Source: Terriglobia bacterium (GTDB lineage: Bacteria > Acidobacteriota > Terriglobia > JAJPHL01 > JAPKYU01). Taken from it: a stretch of DNA of 64,000 nt. Both the position numbers and the translations under genes were made by a program. The notes below the pieces were generated by a model. That model was given only the letters and a program-made list of their open reading frames with translations. It had not been told where the DNA came from and did no database searches. The DNA is taken from positions 1,024,001 to 1,088,000 of the forward strand of contig CBDCVK010000010.1 of assembly GCA_965223005.1 (NCBI GenBank), given 5' to 3'. This document shows, piece by piece, positions 21,128 through 30,432 of this stretch. Position 1 is the first letter of the stretch; each line of letters begins with the position of its first letter.

Positions 21128-21318
21128 CCCCCAAGGCTCAGAGGCCCCGGCCCCGGTTCCCGTTTCCCGCAGCTGTCCATCTTTCCCAAAGCCGCGCGCG
21201 TCTTTGCCGAAGCTTTCCCGAAGCTGGCCCGAAACTGAAGATTGGCACAGGCGTGGACGCTTGTCGCCACTTCTGCTAAATTGCAATAAGTAGTCGGAAG
21301 GAGCACTCAACGGGCGCA

Positions 21319-22536
21319 TTGGCCAGCAAGCAGAAGCACCTGGTGGCGCTGGACGCAGGCAGCGTCAAGACGTGCGCGCTGGTGGCCGAGGTCACGGCCA
21401 CCGGCAAGCTCAGATGCCTGGCGCTGGGACGGGTCGAATCCAGGGGCTGGCGCAAGGGCCTGATCATCAATCTGGACGCGGTTGTCTCTTCCATCCGCAG
21501 AGCTGTTGAACAAGCCGAGCACGCCATCGGCGCACCAGTGGAAAGCGCGGTCATGGGTTTGGGGGCCTCCCAGCTGAAGGGGGTCAACAGCCGGGGGGGC
21601 ATCAACATTTCTTCCCGCCATCGAGAGATACAGCGCGAGGATGTGCGCAAAGCGGTGGAGGTAGCCCGCACGATCCCGCTGCCGTCGGATTGCACCGTGT
21701 TACACGTCGTGCCCCAGGAATTCTTGCTGGATTCCCAGGATGGCATCCGCGACCCGGTGGGGATGATCGGGGGGCGGCTGGAGGTCAACGTGCACATCGT
21801 AACGGCCGCCTCCGGCGCTGTTACCAACCTGGTGACTGCCGCGAACCGGGCCGGCTTAGTTGTGGAGAAGACCGTGCTGGAACCGCTGGCCGCCTCGGAG
21901 GCCGTGCTAAACAGTGATGAGCGGGAGCTTGGGGTGGTGCTGGTGGACATCGGGGCCGGTTCGACGGATGTAGTAGTCTTCCGCCAGGGGGCACTCCAGC
22001 ACTGCGTCACCATTATGATCGGAGGTGATCATTTCACCAATGACATCGCAGTCGGCCTTCGTACCCCCATCCCCGATGCGGAGAAGATCAAACGCAGCTT
22101 TGGCGTGGCAACTCACCTGCTGGCCGGAGAAAACACTTCCATTGAGGTGCCCAGCGTGGGCGACCGGCCGTCTCGGCTGATGCCCCAGCGCGCTCTGGCC
22201 GATATCCTGGAGCCGCGCGCCCAGGAAGTGCTCACCCTGGTACGGGACGAGTTGCGTCGCGTGGGTCTGGAGCGACAAGTGGGTGCGGGGGTAGTCTTGA
22301 CCGGCGGCGGCGCCCGACTGGCGGGGATGTGCGACGTCGCCGAGGAGATTCTGGACGTTCCAGCCCGCATCGGCCTACCGGCTAAACTGGATGGCGGACC
22401 AGAAACACTGGAGCACCCGGCCTACGCCGCACTGGTCGGCTTGTTGTTCTTCGCCCAACGCGTGCGCCAGCGCCAAGAATTCCAGCGGACGGGCCTGGGA
22501 CCCCGGATTCGGACCTTTTTCGCGGGCAAAGGATAG
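21319..22536 (+). CDS. ftsA: Cell division protein FtsA
   Basis: [35 protein letters not shown]. Confidence 0.96.
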   Translation: MASKQKHLVALDAGSVKTCALVAEVTATGKLRCLALGRVESRGWRKGLIINLDAVVSSIRRAVEQAEHAIGAPVESAVMGLGASQLKGVNSRGGINISSRHREIQREDVRKAVEVARTIPLPSDCTVLHVVPQEFLLDSQDGIRDPVGMIGGRLEVNVHIVTAASGAVTNLVTAANRAGLVVEKTVLEPLAASEAVLNSDERELGVVLVDIGAGSTDVVVFRQGALQHCVTIMIGGDHFTNDIAVGLRTPIPDAEKIKRSFGVATHLLAGENTSIEVPSVGDRPSRLMPQRALADILEPRAQEVLTLVRDELRRVGLERQVGAGVVLTGGGARLAGMCDVAEEILDVPARIGLPAKLDGGPETLEHPAYAALVGLLFFAQRVRQRQEFQRTGLGPRIRTFFAGKG

Positions 22537-22565
22537 GAGAGCGGAGATTGCGGACAGTCAGCTGA

Positions 22566-22640
22566 CAAGACAAAGACACAAAGAGACGCAAGTGCATGAA
22601 GATTTTGTTTGTGTTCCTGTGCTCTTTGTGTTGTTTCTTG
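22566..22640. repeat. Imperfect long inverted repeat between ftsA and ftsZ
   Basis: caagacaaagacacaaagag ... ctctttgtgttgtttcttg. Confidence 0.7.
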
Positions 22641-22663
22641 ACTTCGGGCCCCGAGTTGGCTCT

Positions 22664-23878
22664 ATGGACGAAACCATCAAATTCAGTTTTGGCGACGAAC
22701 CGCGTGGCGGCGCGCGAATCAAGGTGATCGGGGTCGGCGGGGGAGGCGCCAACGCCGTCAACCGCATGATCTCGGTGGGCATGGAAGGCGTGGAATTTTT
22801 GGTGACCAACACCGACGCCCAGGCTCTCCGCCAGTCGCAGGCCCCGGTGAAGTTGCAGATTGGCTCCAAGCTCACCAAAGGACTGGGAGCCGGCGCCAAC
22901 CCGGACCTTGGCCGCCGGGCCGCGCTGGAGGATACCGATAAACTGATCGAAGCGCTGGAAGGCGCCGACATGATCTTCGTGACCACCGGCTTGGGCGGCG
23001 GCACGGGTACCGGCGCTGCGCCCATTGTCGCTTCGCTGGCCGGCGAACTGGGCGCGCTGGTAGTCGCCGTCATCACCAAGCCCTTTCCCTTTGAAGGCAA
23101 GCGCCGCATGCAGCAGGCCGAGGAAGGACTGGGCGCGCTGGCCGAAACTGTGGATACCGTCATCACCATCCCCAACGAACGCCTACTGTTGCTGGACCAC
23201 GGAACCAGTTTCTTTGAAGCTTTCCACATCGCCGACGACATCCTGCGCCAGGCTGTGCAGGGCATTAGCGACATCATCACCATTCCCGGCATCATCAACC
23301 GCGATTTTGCCGACGTAAAGGCGGTGATGCAGGGAATGGGCTACGCGTTAATGGGAACGGCGGTGGCCTCGGGGGAGAACCGGGCAGTGGAGGCGGCCAA
23401 CCGCGCCATTTCCAGCCCGCTGCTGGAAGATGCCTCGATCCAGGGAGCCAAAGGCATCCTGATCAACATCACCGGCTCCAGCGACCTAATGCTGCACGAG
23501 GTCCATGAAGCCTCCTCCATCATCCACCAGGCGGCGCACGAAGACGCCAACATCATCTTCGGCGCGGTGCTGAATGATCAGATGAAAGACGCGGTCAAGA
23601 TTACCGTGATCGCCACTGGGTTTCGCTCGGAAACCGTCGGTGGACGGAGCGCCGCAGCGGTTGCTACCACCGCGGCGAAGGCCACTCGAGCGCCCGAGGA
23701 GGCCTCGCCTCCTTCGCCGCCTCCGATTCGCACGGCCTCTCCGATGCCCGCGGCCCCGGTGTCCAAGGGCCAGGACGCGCGCCGGGAGGAATTAGTGCAC
23801 CAGCTCGATGGAGAGTTTGCCGAAGACGACCTGGATGTGCCCGCGTTCCTGCGCCGCAAGAAACCGGCTCCGGAGTGA
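22664..23878 (+). CDS. ftsZ: Cell division protein FtsZ
   Basis: [21 protein letters not shown] tubulin motif, C-terminal DLDVPAFLR; ATG 22664. Confidence 0.98.
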   Translation: MDETIKFSFGDEPRGGARIKVIGVGGGGANAVNRMISVGMEGVEFLVTNTDAQALRQSQAPVKLQIGSKLTKGLGAGANPDLGRRAALEDTDKLIEALEGADMIFVTTGLGGGTGTGAAPIVASLAGELGALVVAVITKPFPFEGKRRMQQAEEGLGALAETVDTVITIPNERLLLLDHGTSFFEAFHIADDILRQAVQGISDIITIPGIINRDFADVKAVMQGMGYALMGTAVASGENRAVEAANRAISSPLLEDASIQGAKGILINITGSSDLMLHEVHEASSIIHQAAHEDANIIFGAVLNDQMKDAVKITVIATGFRSETVGGRSAAAVATTAAKATRAPEEASPPSPPPIRTASPMPAAPVSKGQDARREELVHQLDGEFAEDDLDVPAFLRRKKPAPE

Positions 23879-23939
23879 GAGGGCAGCGGTCGACGTTCCT
23901 CCTGTCCAGCAGTTCCAACTCAAGCACAGAAGGAAGAAT

Positions 23940-24722
23940 TCAAGAAACCGAAAGCATGTAGCGTTCAATGGAACGGGCGCGGCCGGTGGCTTCATCGGCG
24001 TCAAGGATCACTGCAGCAAGGCGCACATCGCCCCGGGCCGGCTCAAAGCGGACCGGCATGTGGGTGAGGAATTTTTGCAGAGCGATCTGGTGGTCTACGC
24101 CGATCACTGACTCGTAGGGGCCGGTCATCCCCACGTCGGTGATGTAGGCAGTGCCGCCGGGCAGTACGCGCTCGTCGGCGGTCGGCACGTGCGTGTGCGT
24201 GCCGATGACTGCGGTGACCCGCCCGTCGAGGAACCAGCCAAACGCCTGCTTCTCCGAGCTGGCTTCGCCATGGAAGTCCACGATACGAATGCGGCACTCG
24301 GCCGGCAACCGGGCCAGCTCCGCTTCGGCGGTTCGGAAAGGGGAATCGAGCGGCTCCATGAAAACGCGCCCGATCAGGTGCAGCACGGCATAAGGAACAC
24401 CGGCCTGCGTCTGGCCACAAAAGAGTCCGCGCCCCGGCGCCTGGCACGGGTAGTTGGCACCCCGCAGCAGCCGCGGCTGCTGACCCAAATAGTCCAGGAT
24501 TTCCTTCTTATCCCAGACATGGTTGCCGGTGGTCATTACCTCAATGCCTAGTTGAAACAGTTCTTCGGCCAGCCGCGGCGTGATGCCAAAGCCGGCAGCG
24601 GCATTCTCGCCGTTGGCCACGACCAGGTCAATTTTCTTGTTGGAAACGATGTCGGCCAGGTAATCAGCCACCGCCTTGCGGCCGGGACTGCCGTAAATGT
24701 CACCGATGAACAGGATTCGCAT
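23940..24722 (-). CDS. ymdB: YmdB/TIGR00282 metallophosphoesterase
   Basis: LFIGDIYG, NGENAA, TGNHVWD, DFHGEASSEK, GTHTHV, TDVGMTG. Confidence 0.93.
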   Translation of the reverse strand: MRILFIGDIYGSPGRKAVADYLADIVSNKKIDLVVANGENAAAGFGITPRLAEELFQLGIEVMTTGNHVWDKKEILDYLGQQPRLLRGANYPCQAPGRGLFCGQTQAGVPYAVLHLIGRVFMEPLDSPFRTAEAELARLPAECRIRIVDFHGEASSEKQAFGWFLDGRVTAVIGTHTHVPTADERVLPGGTAYITDVGMTGPYESVIGVDHQIALQKFLTHMPVRFEPARGDVRLAAVILDADEATGRARSIERYMLSVS

Positions 24723-24807
24723 GATGGGAAGGTGTCAGGCCTTAGGTTTCAGATGCCAGGTGTCAGCCGGGAACGAAGGCGTCGGCGCCAGACCACGGAC
24801 ACCTGTC

Positions 24808-25113
24808 TCAGACGGCGGTTTTGCGGAGTTCGGTGTCCAGCAAGCGGCTGAACTCGGCGCTTTTCTCGCTCACTGCCGCCAGCAGCGCTTCATGCAGGTT
24901 TTTCAGGGAGTGATACTCGTCGGCAATGTGGAGCGCAGTGAGCACGGCCACCCGAAGCGAGTCCACGTCCCGAGTTTTTCCGGCGATCGCCCGCATGCGG
25001 GTGTCCACGTACCGGGCCAGCCGTTCCACCTGTTCCGGGTCAAAGTCGGTGCCCGGACGAATGTGGTAAACCTGATCGTAGATGACAACGCGAATTCCAG
25101 AAGTTTCAGCCAC
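24808..25113 (-). CDS. zapA: Cell division protein ZapA
   Basis: VVIYDQVYHI, LARYVDTRM, RVAVLTALHIADE; GTG start 25113. Confidence 0.9.
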   Translation of the reverse strand: MAETSGIRVVIYDQVYHIRPGTDFDPEQVERLARYVDTRMRAIAGKTRDVDSLRVAVLTALHIADEYHSLKNLHEALLAAVSEKSAEFSRLLDTELRKTAV

Positions 25114-25194
25114 GGATTCGCCTTCTTTGCTGCCTGGTTCGCTTCCCCTGCTCAGCCCGTTCAAGGCAGGCGGCCGAAAGCGCGGGTCGCGCTA

Positions 25195-25485
25195 TTATCC
25201 GCCAGTTAGCTCCTTGGTCAATGAGTCTATCTGCCGCAGCAATTTTTCAACTCGCCGACGGACCTCTTCGCGCTCCTTGTGGGCTTCGGCCAGCTGCCGG
25301 CGCAGGGTTGCAACTTCCGCATCGTGCCCGGCCATCTCGGCGCGCACTTGTGCCGTCGTGGTTTCCGCCGCTTGGCGCGCCTGCCGCATCTGAGTCAGCA
25401 GCCGGATGGTATGGACGATCCGTTCCTCGAGCTCCTGGAGCTGCTCTAGAGTCTGCCGCTCGCCGCCAGGGGTCGTTTGGGCCAT
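25195..25485 (-). CDS. Coiled-coil ZapB-like protein
   Basis: All-helical coiled coil between pheT and zapA; EREEVRRRVEKLL. Confidence 0.7.
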   Translation of the reverse strand: MAQTTPGGERQTLEQLQELEERIVHTIRLLTQMRQARQAAETTTAQVRAEMAGHDAEVATLRRQLAEAHKEREEVRRRVEKLLRQIDSLTKELTGG

Positions 25486-25488
25486 TTC

Positions 25489-27564
25489 TCATCTGTCCAG
25501 TTTAGGTTTCAGTTGCTCGGTCCGCAGGGTGGCGCCCAATTCTTGTTCCAGGGCGGCGCCAATTGCCCGGCTCCACTGGTTAACCTCAGAATCCGACAGC
25601 GTTTGCTCGAGGCGCTGGAACACCAGCCGCAAGAGCAGGCTGTACTTGCCTTCCGGCACCGCCTCGCCGCGGAAGATCTCCACCGGCCGAATCTCGGCCA
25701 ACTCCGGGATGCCCGGCCTTCGCGCAGCCTGCGCTACTTGCTCGAATGTAACACCGTCAGGAAGCAGCAAGGAAAAGTCCCGATCCACTGACGGCACGCG
25801 GGGCAAGGCTTCGTAGCGCGGCCGGCGCAACGGGCGTCCCCAGAGACGGTCCAGGAATAGTTCCGCCACCAGCACCGGCTGCCGCCACTTACGCGCAGCG
25901 GCGATCTTGGGGTGGATTTCTCCGAAACGCGCCACAGTTTCGCCATCCATGATCGCCTGCGCTGCCCGTCCCGGATGATAATAGTCCACGCCCGCGCCGG
26001 AATCAAAAGAAAGCCCGCGCTGCTCAAACCGCTCCAGCAAAGTTTCGACGTCCCCTTTCAGGTCATAGAAGCCGAGCTCGCGCGCCGGCGCGTGGACCGA
26101 CGGCTCGTCGGCCGGCCCGGACGCGGCCAGGCACAGCACCGGCGGCTCCTGGTAACCCTCGTCGGTTTCCCGGTAGATCTTGCCGATTTCGAACAGCCGG
26201 ATCCGCCGCTGGCCGCGATTCAGGTTCCACTCCACGGCGTTCAGGGCTCCGGGGACACTGGAGGTGCGCAGCACGCTGGCTTCCTCGCTGAGCGGATTCG
26301 CCAGGCGTACAGGCCGTTGCCCGGAGAATTGCCCGGCCTCGCGCAGCGAGATCAGGCTGAAGCAGATGGTTTCACTATAGCCCAACGCGCGTGCGGTTTC
26401 CCGCATGGTGCATTCTGCATCCCAGTGGGGCGCGCGACAGGACACCCCGGTCCAGACGGGCAGGCGGTTGGAAAAGCGTTGGTAGCCGAAGTGACGCGCC
26501 ACTTCTTCGATCAGGTCAATTTCGCGCTCTACGTCCAGCCGGAAACTGGGCGGCAGCGCCGTCCATCCCTCGGTGCCGTCGGCTGGCGCCACTTGGAAGC
26601 CGAGACGGCGCAGGATGCGCTCCACCTGTTCGGAAGGGACCGCTTCGCCCAGGATGCGGTCCAGTTCGCGCCGGCGCAGAGTGATCGGGGAGCGTGGTTG
26701 CCGCGCCGGGTAGACGTCGAGCAGCCCCCGCAGGATCTCCCCACCCGACACGGCCGAGATCAACTCGGCGGCGCGGTCTGCGGCCAGGCCGGGAATGGCC
26801 GGGTCGGCGCCACGCTCAAAGCGGTGACTGGCCTCGGTGTGCATCCCGAACTGTTTGGCTGTCTTGCGGATCGAACGCGGCTCAAGCCAGGCGCTCTCCA
26901 GCAGCACATTGCTGGTGCCCTCACGGATGCCGCTCTCCAATCCGCCCATGACCCCCGCAATGGCCACCGGACGCTCAGCGTCGGCGATGACCAAGTTGTG
27001 GGGCGCCAGCTCGCGTGTCACTTCATCCAGCGTAGTCACGGTTTCGCCGACCCTCGCGCGCCGAACGATAATCTTGCGCCCGGCCAGCCGATCCAGATCG
27101 AAGGCGTGGAGCGGATGCCCCAGCTCCAGCAGCAGGTAATTAGTGACGTCGGTGACGTTGTTGATCGGGCGCAACCCGGCTGCTTCCAGTCTTCGAGCCA
27201 ACCATCCGGGGGATGGACCCACCTTCACGTCCAGGATGACCCTCGCCGAGTAGCGCGCGCACAAGTCGGCGTCGGCGATTTCCACCGAAGCGAACGAAGC
27301 CGCGGACCGCTCGCCCTCCTTCGGCACGGCCTGGTAGGGCTTGAGGTCGCGATCGTAGATGGCTGAGGCTTCCCGCGCCACCCCGTAGTGATTCATGGCA
27401 TCGGGGCGGTTGGTGGTGATATCGGTCTCCAGCACCGTCTCACCGTTGTCCGTGCTGGCGAGGGAATCAATGGCGATGCCGGCCATCGTCAGGTCTTCTG
27501 CCAGTTGCCGGTCCTCGACCGGAATGTTCATGAACTCGCGCAGCCAGCTGGAGACCAAGAGCAT
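25489..27564 (-). CDS. pheT: Phenylalanine--tRNA ligase beta subunit (short form lacking the B2 OB-fold)
   Basis: SWLREF, NRPD, INNVTDVTNY, RFERG, DLIEEVAR, RDFS. Confidence 0.96.
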   Translation of the reverse strand: MLLVSSWLREFMNIPVEDRQLAEDLTMAGIAIDSLASTDNGETVLETDITTNRPDAMNHYGVAREASAIYDRDLKPYQAVPKEGERSAASFASVEIADADLCARYSARVILDVKVGPSPGWLARRLEAAGLRPINNVTDVTNYLLLELGHPLHAFDLDRLAGRKIIVRRARVGETVTTLDEVTRELAPHNLVIADAERPVAIAGVMGGLESGIREGTSNVLLESAWLEPRSIRKTAKQFGMHTEASHRFERGADPAIPGLAADRAAELISAVSGGEILRGLLDVYPARQPRSPITLRRRELDRILGEAVPSEQVERILRRLGFQVAPADGTEGWTALPPSFRLDVEREIDLIEEVARHFGYQRFSNRLPVWTGVSCRAPHWDAECTMRETARALGYSETICFSLISLREAGQFSGQRPVRLANPLSEEASVLRTSSVPGALNAVEWNLNRGQRRIRLFEIGKIYRETDEGYQEPPVLCLAASGPADEPSVHAPARELGFYDLKGDVETLLERFEQRGLSFDSGAGVDYYHPGRAAQAIMDGETVARFGEIHPKIAAARKWRQPVLVAELFLDRLWGRPLRRPRYEALPRVPSVDRDFSLLLPDGVTFEQVAQAARRPGIPELAEIRPVEIFRGEAVPEGKYSLLLRLVFQRLEQTLSDSEVNQWSRAIGAALEQELGATLRTEQLKPKLDR

Positions 27565-27651
27565 GGATCGTTAGTCCGGGGCCTAGAGTCCAAGGTCCAA
27601 AGCCGCAAGCCGCTCAACCTTGGGCCTTGGACTTTAGACGTTGGACCCTGT

Positions 27652-28743
27652 TTAGCGGAACTGTCGCAAGAATCTCAAATCCCCCTGGAAGAACAGTTGC
27701 AGGTCGTCAATGCCATAGCGGAGCATGGCACACCGTTCGACCCCCATGCCGAAGGCAAAGCCGGAATATTTCTCGGCGTCATAGTGGACGAAGGGATACA
27801 GTGCCGGGTCCACCATGCCGCAACCGAGTAGCTCAATCCAGCCCGAGTGCTTGCAGAGGCGGCAACCGCGGCCGTCGCAGCCGATGCAGGAGATGTCCAC
27901 CTCGGCGCTGGGCTCGGTGAAGGGGAAGAAGCTGGGGCGGAAGCGAGTCCGCACGTGCTCGCCGAAATAGCACTTCAAGAAATGGTCGAGCGTGCCTTTT
28001 AGGTCGCAGAAGGTGATGTGAGTATCCACGGCCAGCCCTTCCACCTGGTGAAACATGAAGGAGTGCGTGGCGTCGGGAGTATCGCGGCGATAGACCTTGC
28101 CCGGGACAATCACTCGCAGCGGGGGTGGCTGCCGCTCCATGGTTCGAATCTGCACGGGGGAGGTATGCGTGCGCAGCAGGTAGTCGCCGCTGACGTAGAG
28201 TGTGTCTTGTACATCGCGGGCCGGATGGCCGCGCGGGATGTTGAGAGCTTCGAAGTTGTAGTAGTCGCTCTCGATCTCCGGCCCCACTTCCACCGAGTAA
28301 CCCATGGAGAAGAAAATCTCCTGGATTTCCTCCAACGCCACCTGGACAGGATGCCGCGCACCGGGCGTGCGGCGCACGCCCGGCAGGGTGATGTCCAGGC
28401 GCTGGGCGGCCGGCAGGGCCGCCTCCTGCGCCGCTTCCAGTTCCCTGCGGCGGGTTTCCAGCGCCTCCCCAGCGTACTGCTTCAGCTCGTTGAGCAGCCG
28501 GCCGACGGAGCGCTTCAGCTTCGGGACCACCGGCTTAAGCCAGTTGTCGTTGGCCGCAGTCAGAATGCCCCGTTTGCGTCCCAGCCAGCGCACGCGAAAC
28601 TGCTCACCGTCGTCCGAGGCGGCGAGGTCGCGCAGTTCGCGGTCCATCTGCTCGCGCAACTTCTGGAAGAGCCGAGCGACTTCGGCTTCCTCGTGCACTC
28701 CTAGCTGGTCGAGCTTGCGGCGGACTTGCTCGTCAATTGGCAT
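27652..28743 (-). CDS. pheS: Phenylalanine--tRNA ligase alpha subunit
   Basis: HPARDVQDT, LRTHTSPVQ, FHQVEG, FPFTEPS, GFAFGMGVER. Confidence 0.98.
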   Translation of the reverse strand: MPIDEQVRRKLDQLGVHEEAEVARLFQKLREQMDRELRDLAASDDGEQFRVRWLGRKRGILTAANDNWLKPVVPKLKRSVGRLLNELKQYAGEALETRRRELEAAQEAALPAAQRLDITLPGVRRTPGARHPVQVALEEIQEIFFSMGYSVEVGPEIESDYYNFEALNIPRGHPARDVQDTLYVSGDYLLRTHTSPVQIRTMERQPPPLRVIVPGKVYRRDTPDATHSFMFHQVEGLAVDTHITFCDLKGTLDHFLKCYFGEHVRTRFRPSFFPFTEPSAEVDISCIGCDGRGCRLCKHSGWIELLGCGMVDPALYPFVHYDAEKYSGFAFGMGVERCAMLRYGIDDLQLFFQGDLRFLRQFR

Positions 28744-28835
28744 GGAAAATCAGCTCAGGTGGCATGGAGAATCAGACCAGGAATTTGCTGTGGCCCCTGC
28801 CAAGCTGAGGCGCGGGGAAAGCAGGCGTGCCGCGG

Positions 28836-29393
28836 CTAATCCTTGGTGCTACGTTTGCGAGGCGGCGCGGGTTTTCGCTTGGCCGCCGGAACTTCGCCAA
28901 CCGACGAGGGTTTTCGCTTGGCTGCCGGAGCTTGGCCAGCCGGCGTGGGTTTTCGCTTGGCTGCCGGAGCTTGGCCAGCCGGCGCGGGTTTTTGCTCGGC
29001 TGCCACGGCTTCGCCAGTAGGCGGTGCTTTTCGCGGTGCTGCCAGAGCAGTGCGGGCTTGCTCGGCAAGCGTGGCAAAGCCGGGAGCATCCCGAACTGCC
29101 AGGTCGGCCAGAATCTTGCGATCCAGTTCCACCCCGGCCAGTTTCAGGCCGTGGATGAACTGGTTATACGTAAGTTGATGCTGGCGGGCAGCGGCTCCAA
29201 TGCGGACGATCCACAAGGAGCGGAATTGCCTCTTCCGCTGGCGGCGGTCCCGGTACGCATACCGCAGTCCCTTTTCCACCTGCAGCCGGGCCGCCCTGAA
29301 GAGTTTGGACTTCGTGAGGAAATATCCGGAGGCCCGCTCGAGGATCTTCTTGCGCCTCTGCCGGCGCTTGCTTCCTCTTTTTACTCTGGGCAC
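28836..29393 (-). CDS. rplT: 50S ribosomal protein L20 with repeat-rich C-terminal tail
   Basis: [38 protein letters not shown]. Confidence 0.96.
   Translation of the reverse strand: MPRVKRGSKRRQRRKKILERASGYFLTKSKLFRAARLQVEKGLRYAYRDRRQRKRQFRSLWIVRIGAAARQHQLTYNQFIHGLKLAGVELDRKILADLAVRDAPGFATLAEQARTALAAPRKAPPTGEAVAAEQKPAPAGQAPAAKRKPTPAGQAPAAKRKPSSVGEVPAAKRKPAPPRKRSTKD
28850..29043. repeat. About five 39-bp units encoding 13-aa repeats in the L20 tail
   Basis: [61 protein letters not shown]. Confidence 0.9.
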
Positions 29394-29414
29394 TGGGTTG
29401 CTCCTTTTGACTGT

Positions 29415-29609
29415 CTACTGCCCAAGCATGCGCGCCACGCGTTTGGCCTCAGCTCCCTCGACCAGCACTGCCGTTCCCAGCTTGCGCTTCCGCTTGCGCG
29501 ATTTCTTGCTCAAGATATGACGCGCAAAGGCGTGGCGCCGCACCACCTTGCCGGTTGCAGTCTTCTTGAAGCGCTTACGAGCGCCCCGATGCGATTTCAA
29601 TTTCGGCAC
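29415..29609 (-). CDS. rpmI: 50S ribosomal protein L35
   Basis: [21 protein letters not shown]. Confidence 0.97.
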   Translation of the reverse strand: MPKLKSHRGARKRFKKTATGKVVRRHAFARHILSKKSRKRKRKLGTAVLVEGAEAKRVARMLGQ

Positions 29610-29711
29610 CTACACACCTCAATCGGTTAGGGTGATGAGTTCAACGAGCAATGAGTGAAACCCGATGGCGTGCCGAGCCTGCCTTAACTCATGACTCTTC
29701 ACTCAAACTGT

Positions 29712-30278
29712 TTAACTCTTAACCTGCCCGGCAGACTCGGAGGATTGCGGCCGGGACTGCTGCGCCTGCTTTTTCGGGGCCAGAATCGCGATGATGGTAT
29801 GCCCTTCCATGCGCCCGCGACTCTCGACCATACCCAGGCCCGAGATGTCCTGAATCAAGCGCTCCAACACCTGCCGTCCGATGTTGGAGTGGGTGATCTC
29901 GCGACCGCGAAACACGATGACCACCTTGACCTTGTCCCCTTCCGTGAGAAAGCGCGCGACATGGTTCTTCTTGAACTGGTAATCGTGCTCATCCACGTTG
30001 GGCCGGAACTTGACTTCCTTGACCACCACATGATGCTGGCGCTTGCGAGCCTCGTGTGCGCGCTTGCTCTCCTGGTAGAGGAACTTGCCGTGGTCCATGA
30101 TCCTGCACACGGGCGGCTGTGCAGTGGCCGAAATCTCTACCAGATCCAGGCGCTGCTGGCGGGCGATCTTGATTGCCTCGCTGGGAGGCATGATGCCCAA
30201 TTGCTCCCCGGAATCGGAAATGACGCGTACCTCACGGGCACGGATGCGCTCGTTGATACGGTTCGGGCGTTGGGCGAT
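29712..30278 (-). CDS. infC: Translation initiation factor IF-3, non-canonical ATC start
   Basis: Frame extends upstream of the track ORF: AGGAGG-N6-ATC GCC CAA... RINERIRAREVRVI; LDLVEIS..PPVCRIMD, KEVKFRP. Confidence 0.93.
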   Translation of the reverse strand: MAQRPNRINERIRAREVRVISDSGEQLGIMPPSEAIKIARQQRLDLVEISATAQPPVCRIMDHGKFLYQESKRAHEARKRQHHVVVKEVKFRPNVDEHDYQFKKNHVARFLTEGDKVKVVIVFRGREITHSNIGRQVLERLIQDISGLGMVESRGRMEGHTIIAILAPKKQAQQSRPQSSESAGQVKS

Positions 30279-30383
30279 AAAAATCCTCCTTTACTAACCG
30301 TGGAAACAGGGATTCCTGCGCTGGCCGGCCGCGGCCGCCCCCAGGGAAGCCGACAGTATAGCACAGCGCGACTTCGCTGGGCG

Positions 30384-30421
30384 GGGATGGAAACAGTTGT
30401 TTTCTTCCACTGTTTTCATCC
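30384..30421. terminator. Hairpin downstream of thrS (possible terminator)
   Basis: ggatggaaacag...ctgttttcatcc inverted repeat; no clear U-tract. Confidence 0.35.
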
Positions 30422-30432
30422 GGCGGGCGTTC

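Noticed and set aside
21242-21260. Sigma-54 promoter upstream of ftsA (TTGGCAC)
   Set aside because: The -12 TTGC element is missing at the required spacing.
24723-24807. 6S RNA (ssrS), often found downstream of zapA
   Set aside because: Gap to ymdB is only about 85 bp and is filled by heptamer repeats; too short for 6S RNA.
25489-27564. Short PheT as a truncation or novelty
   Set aside because: Loss of the B2 domain is a known variant in several phyla; the remaining domains are intact.
28850-29043. Possible CRISPR array (regularly spaced repeats)
   Set aside because: Units are contiguous 39-bp coding repeats with no unique spacers; no cas genes in the window.
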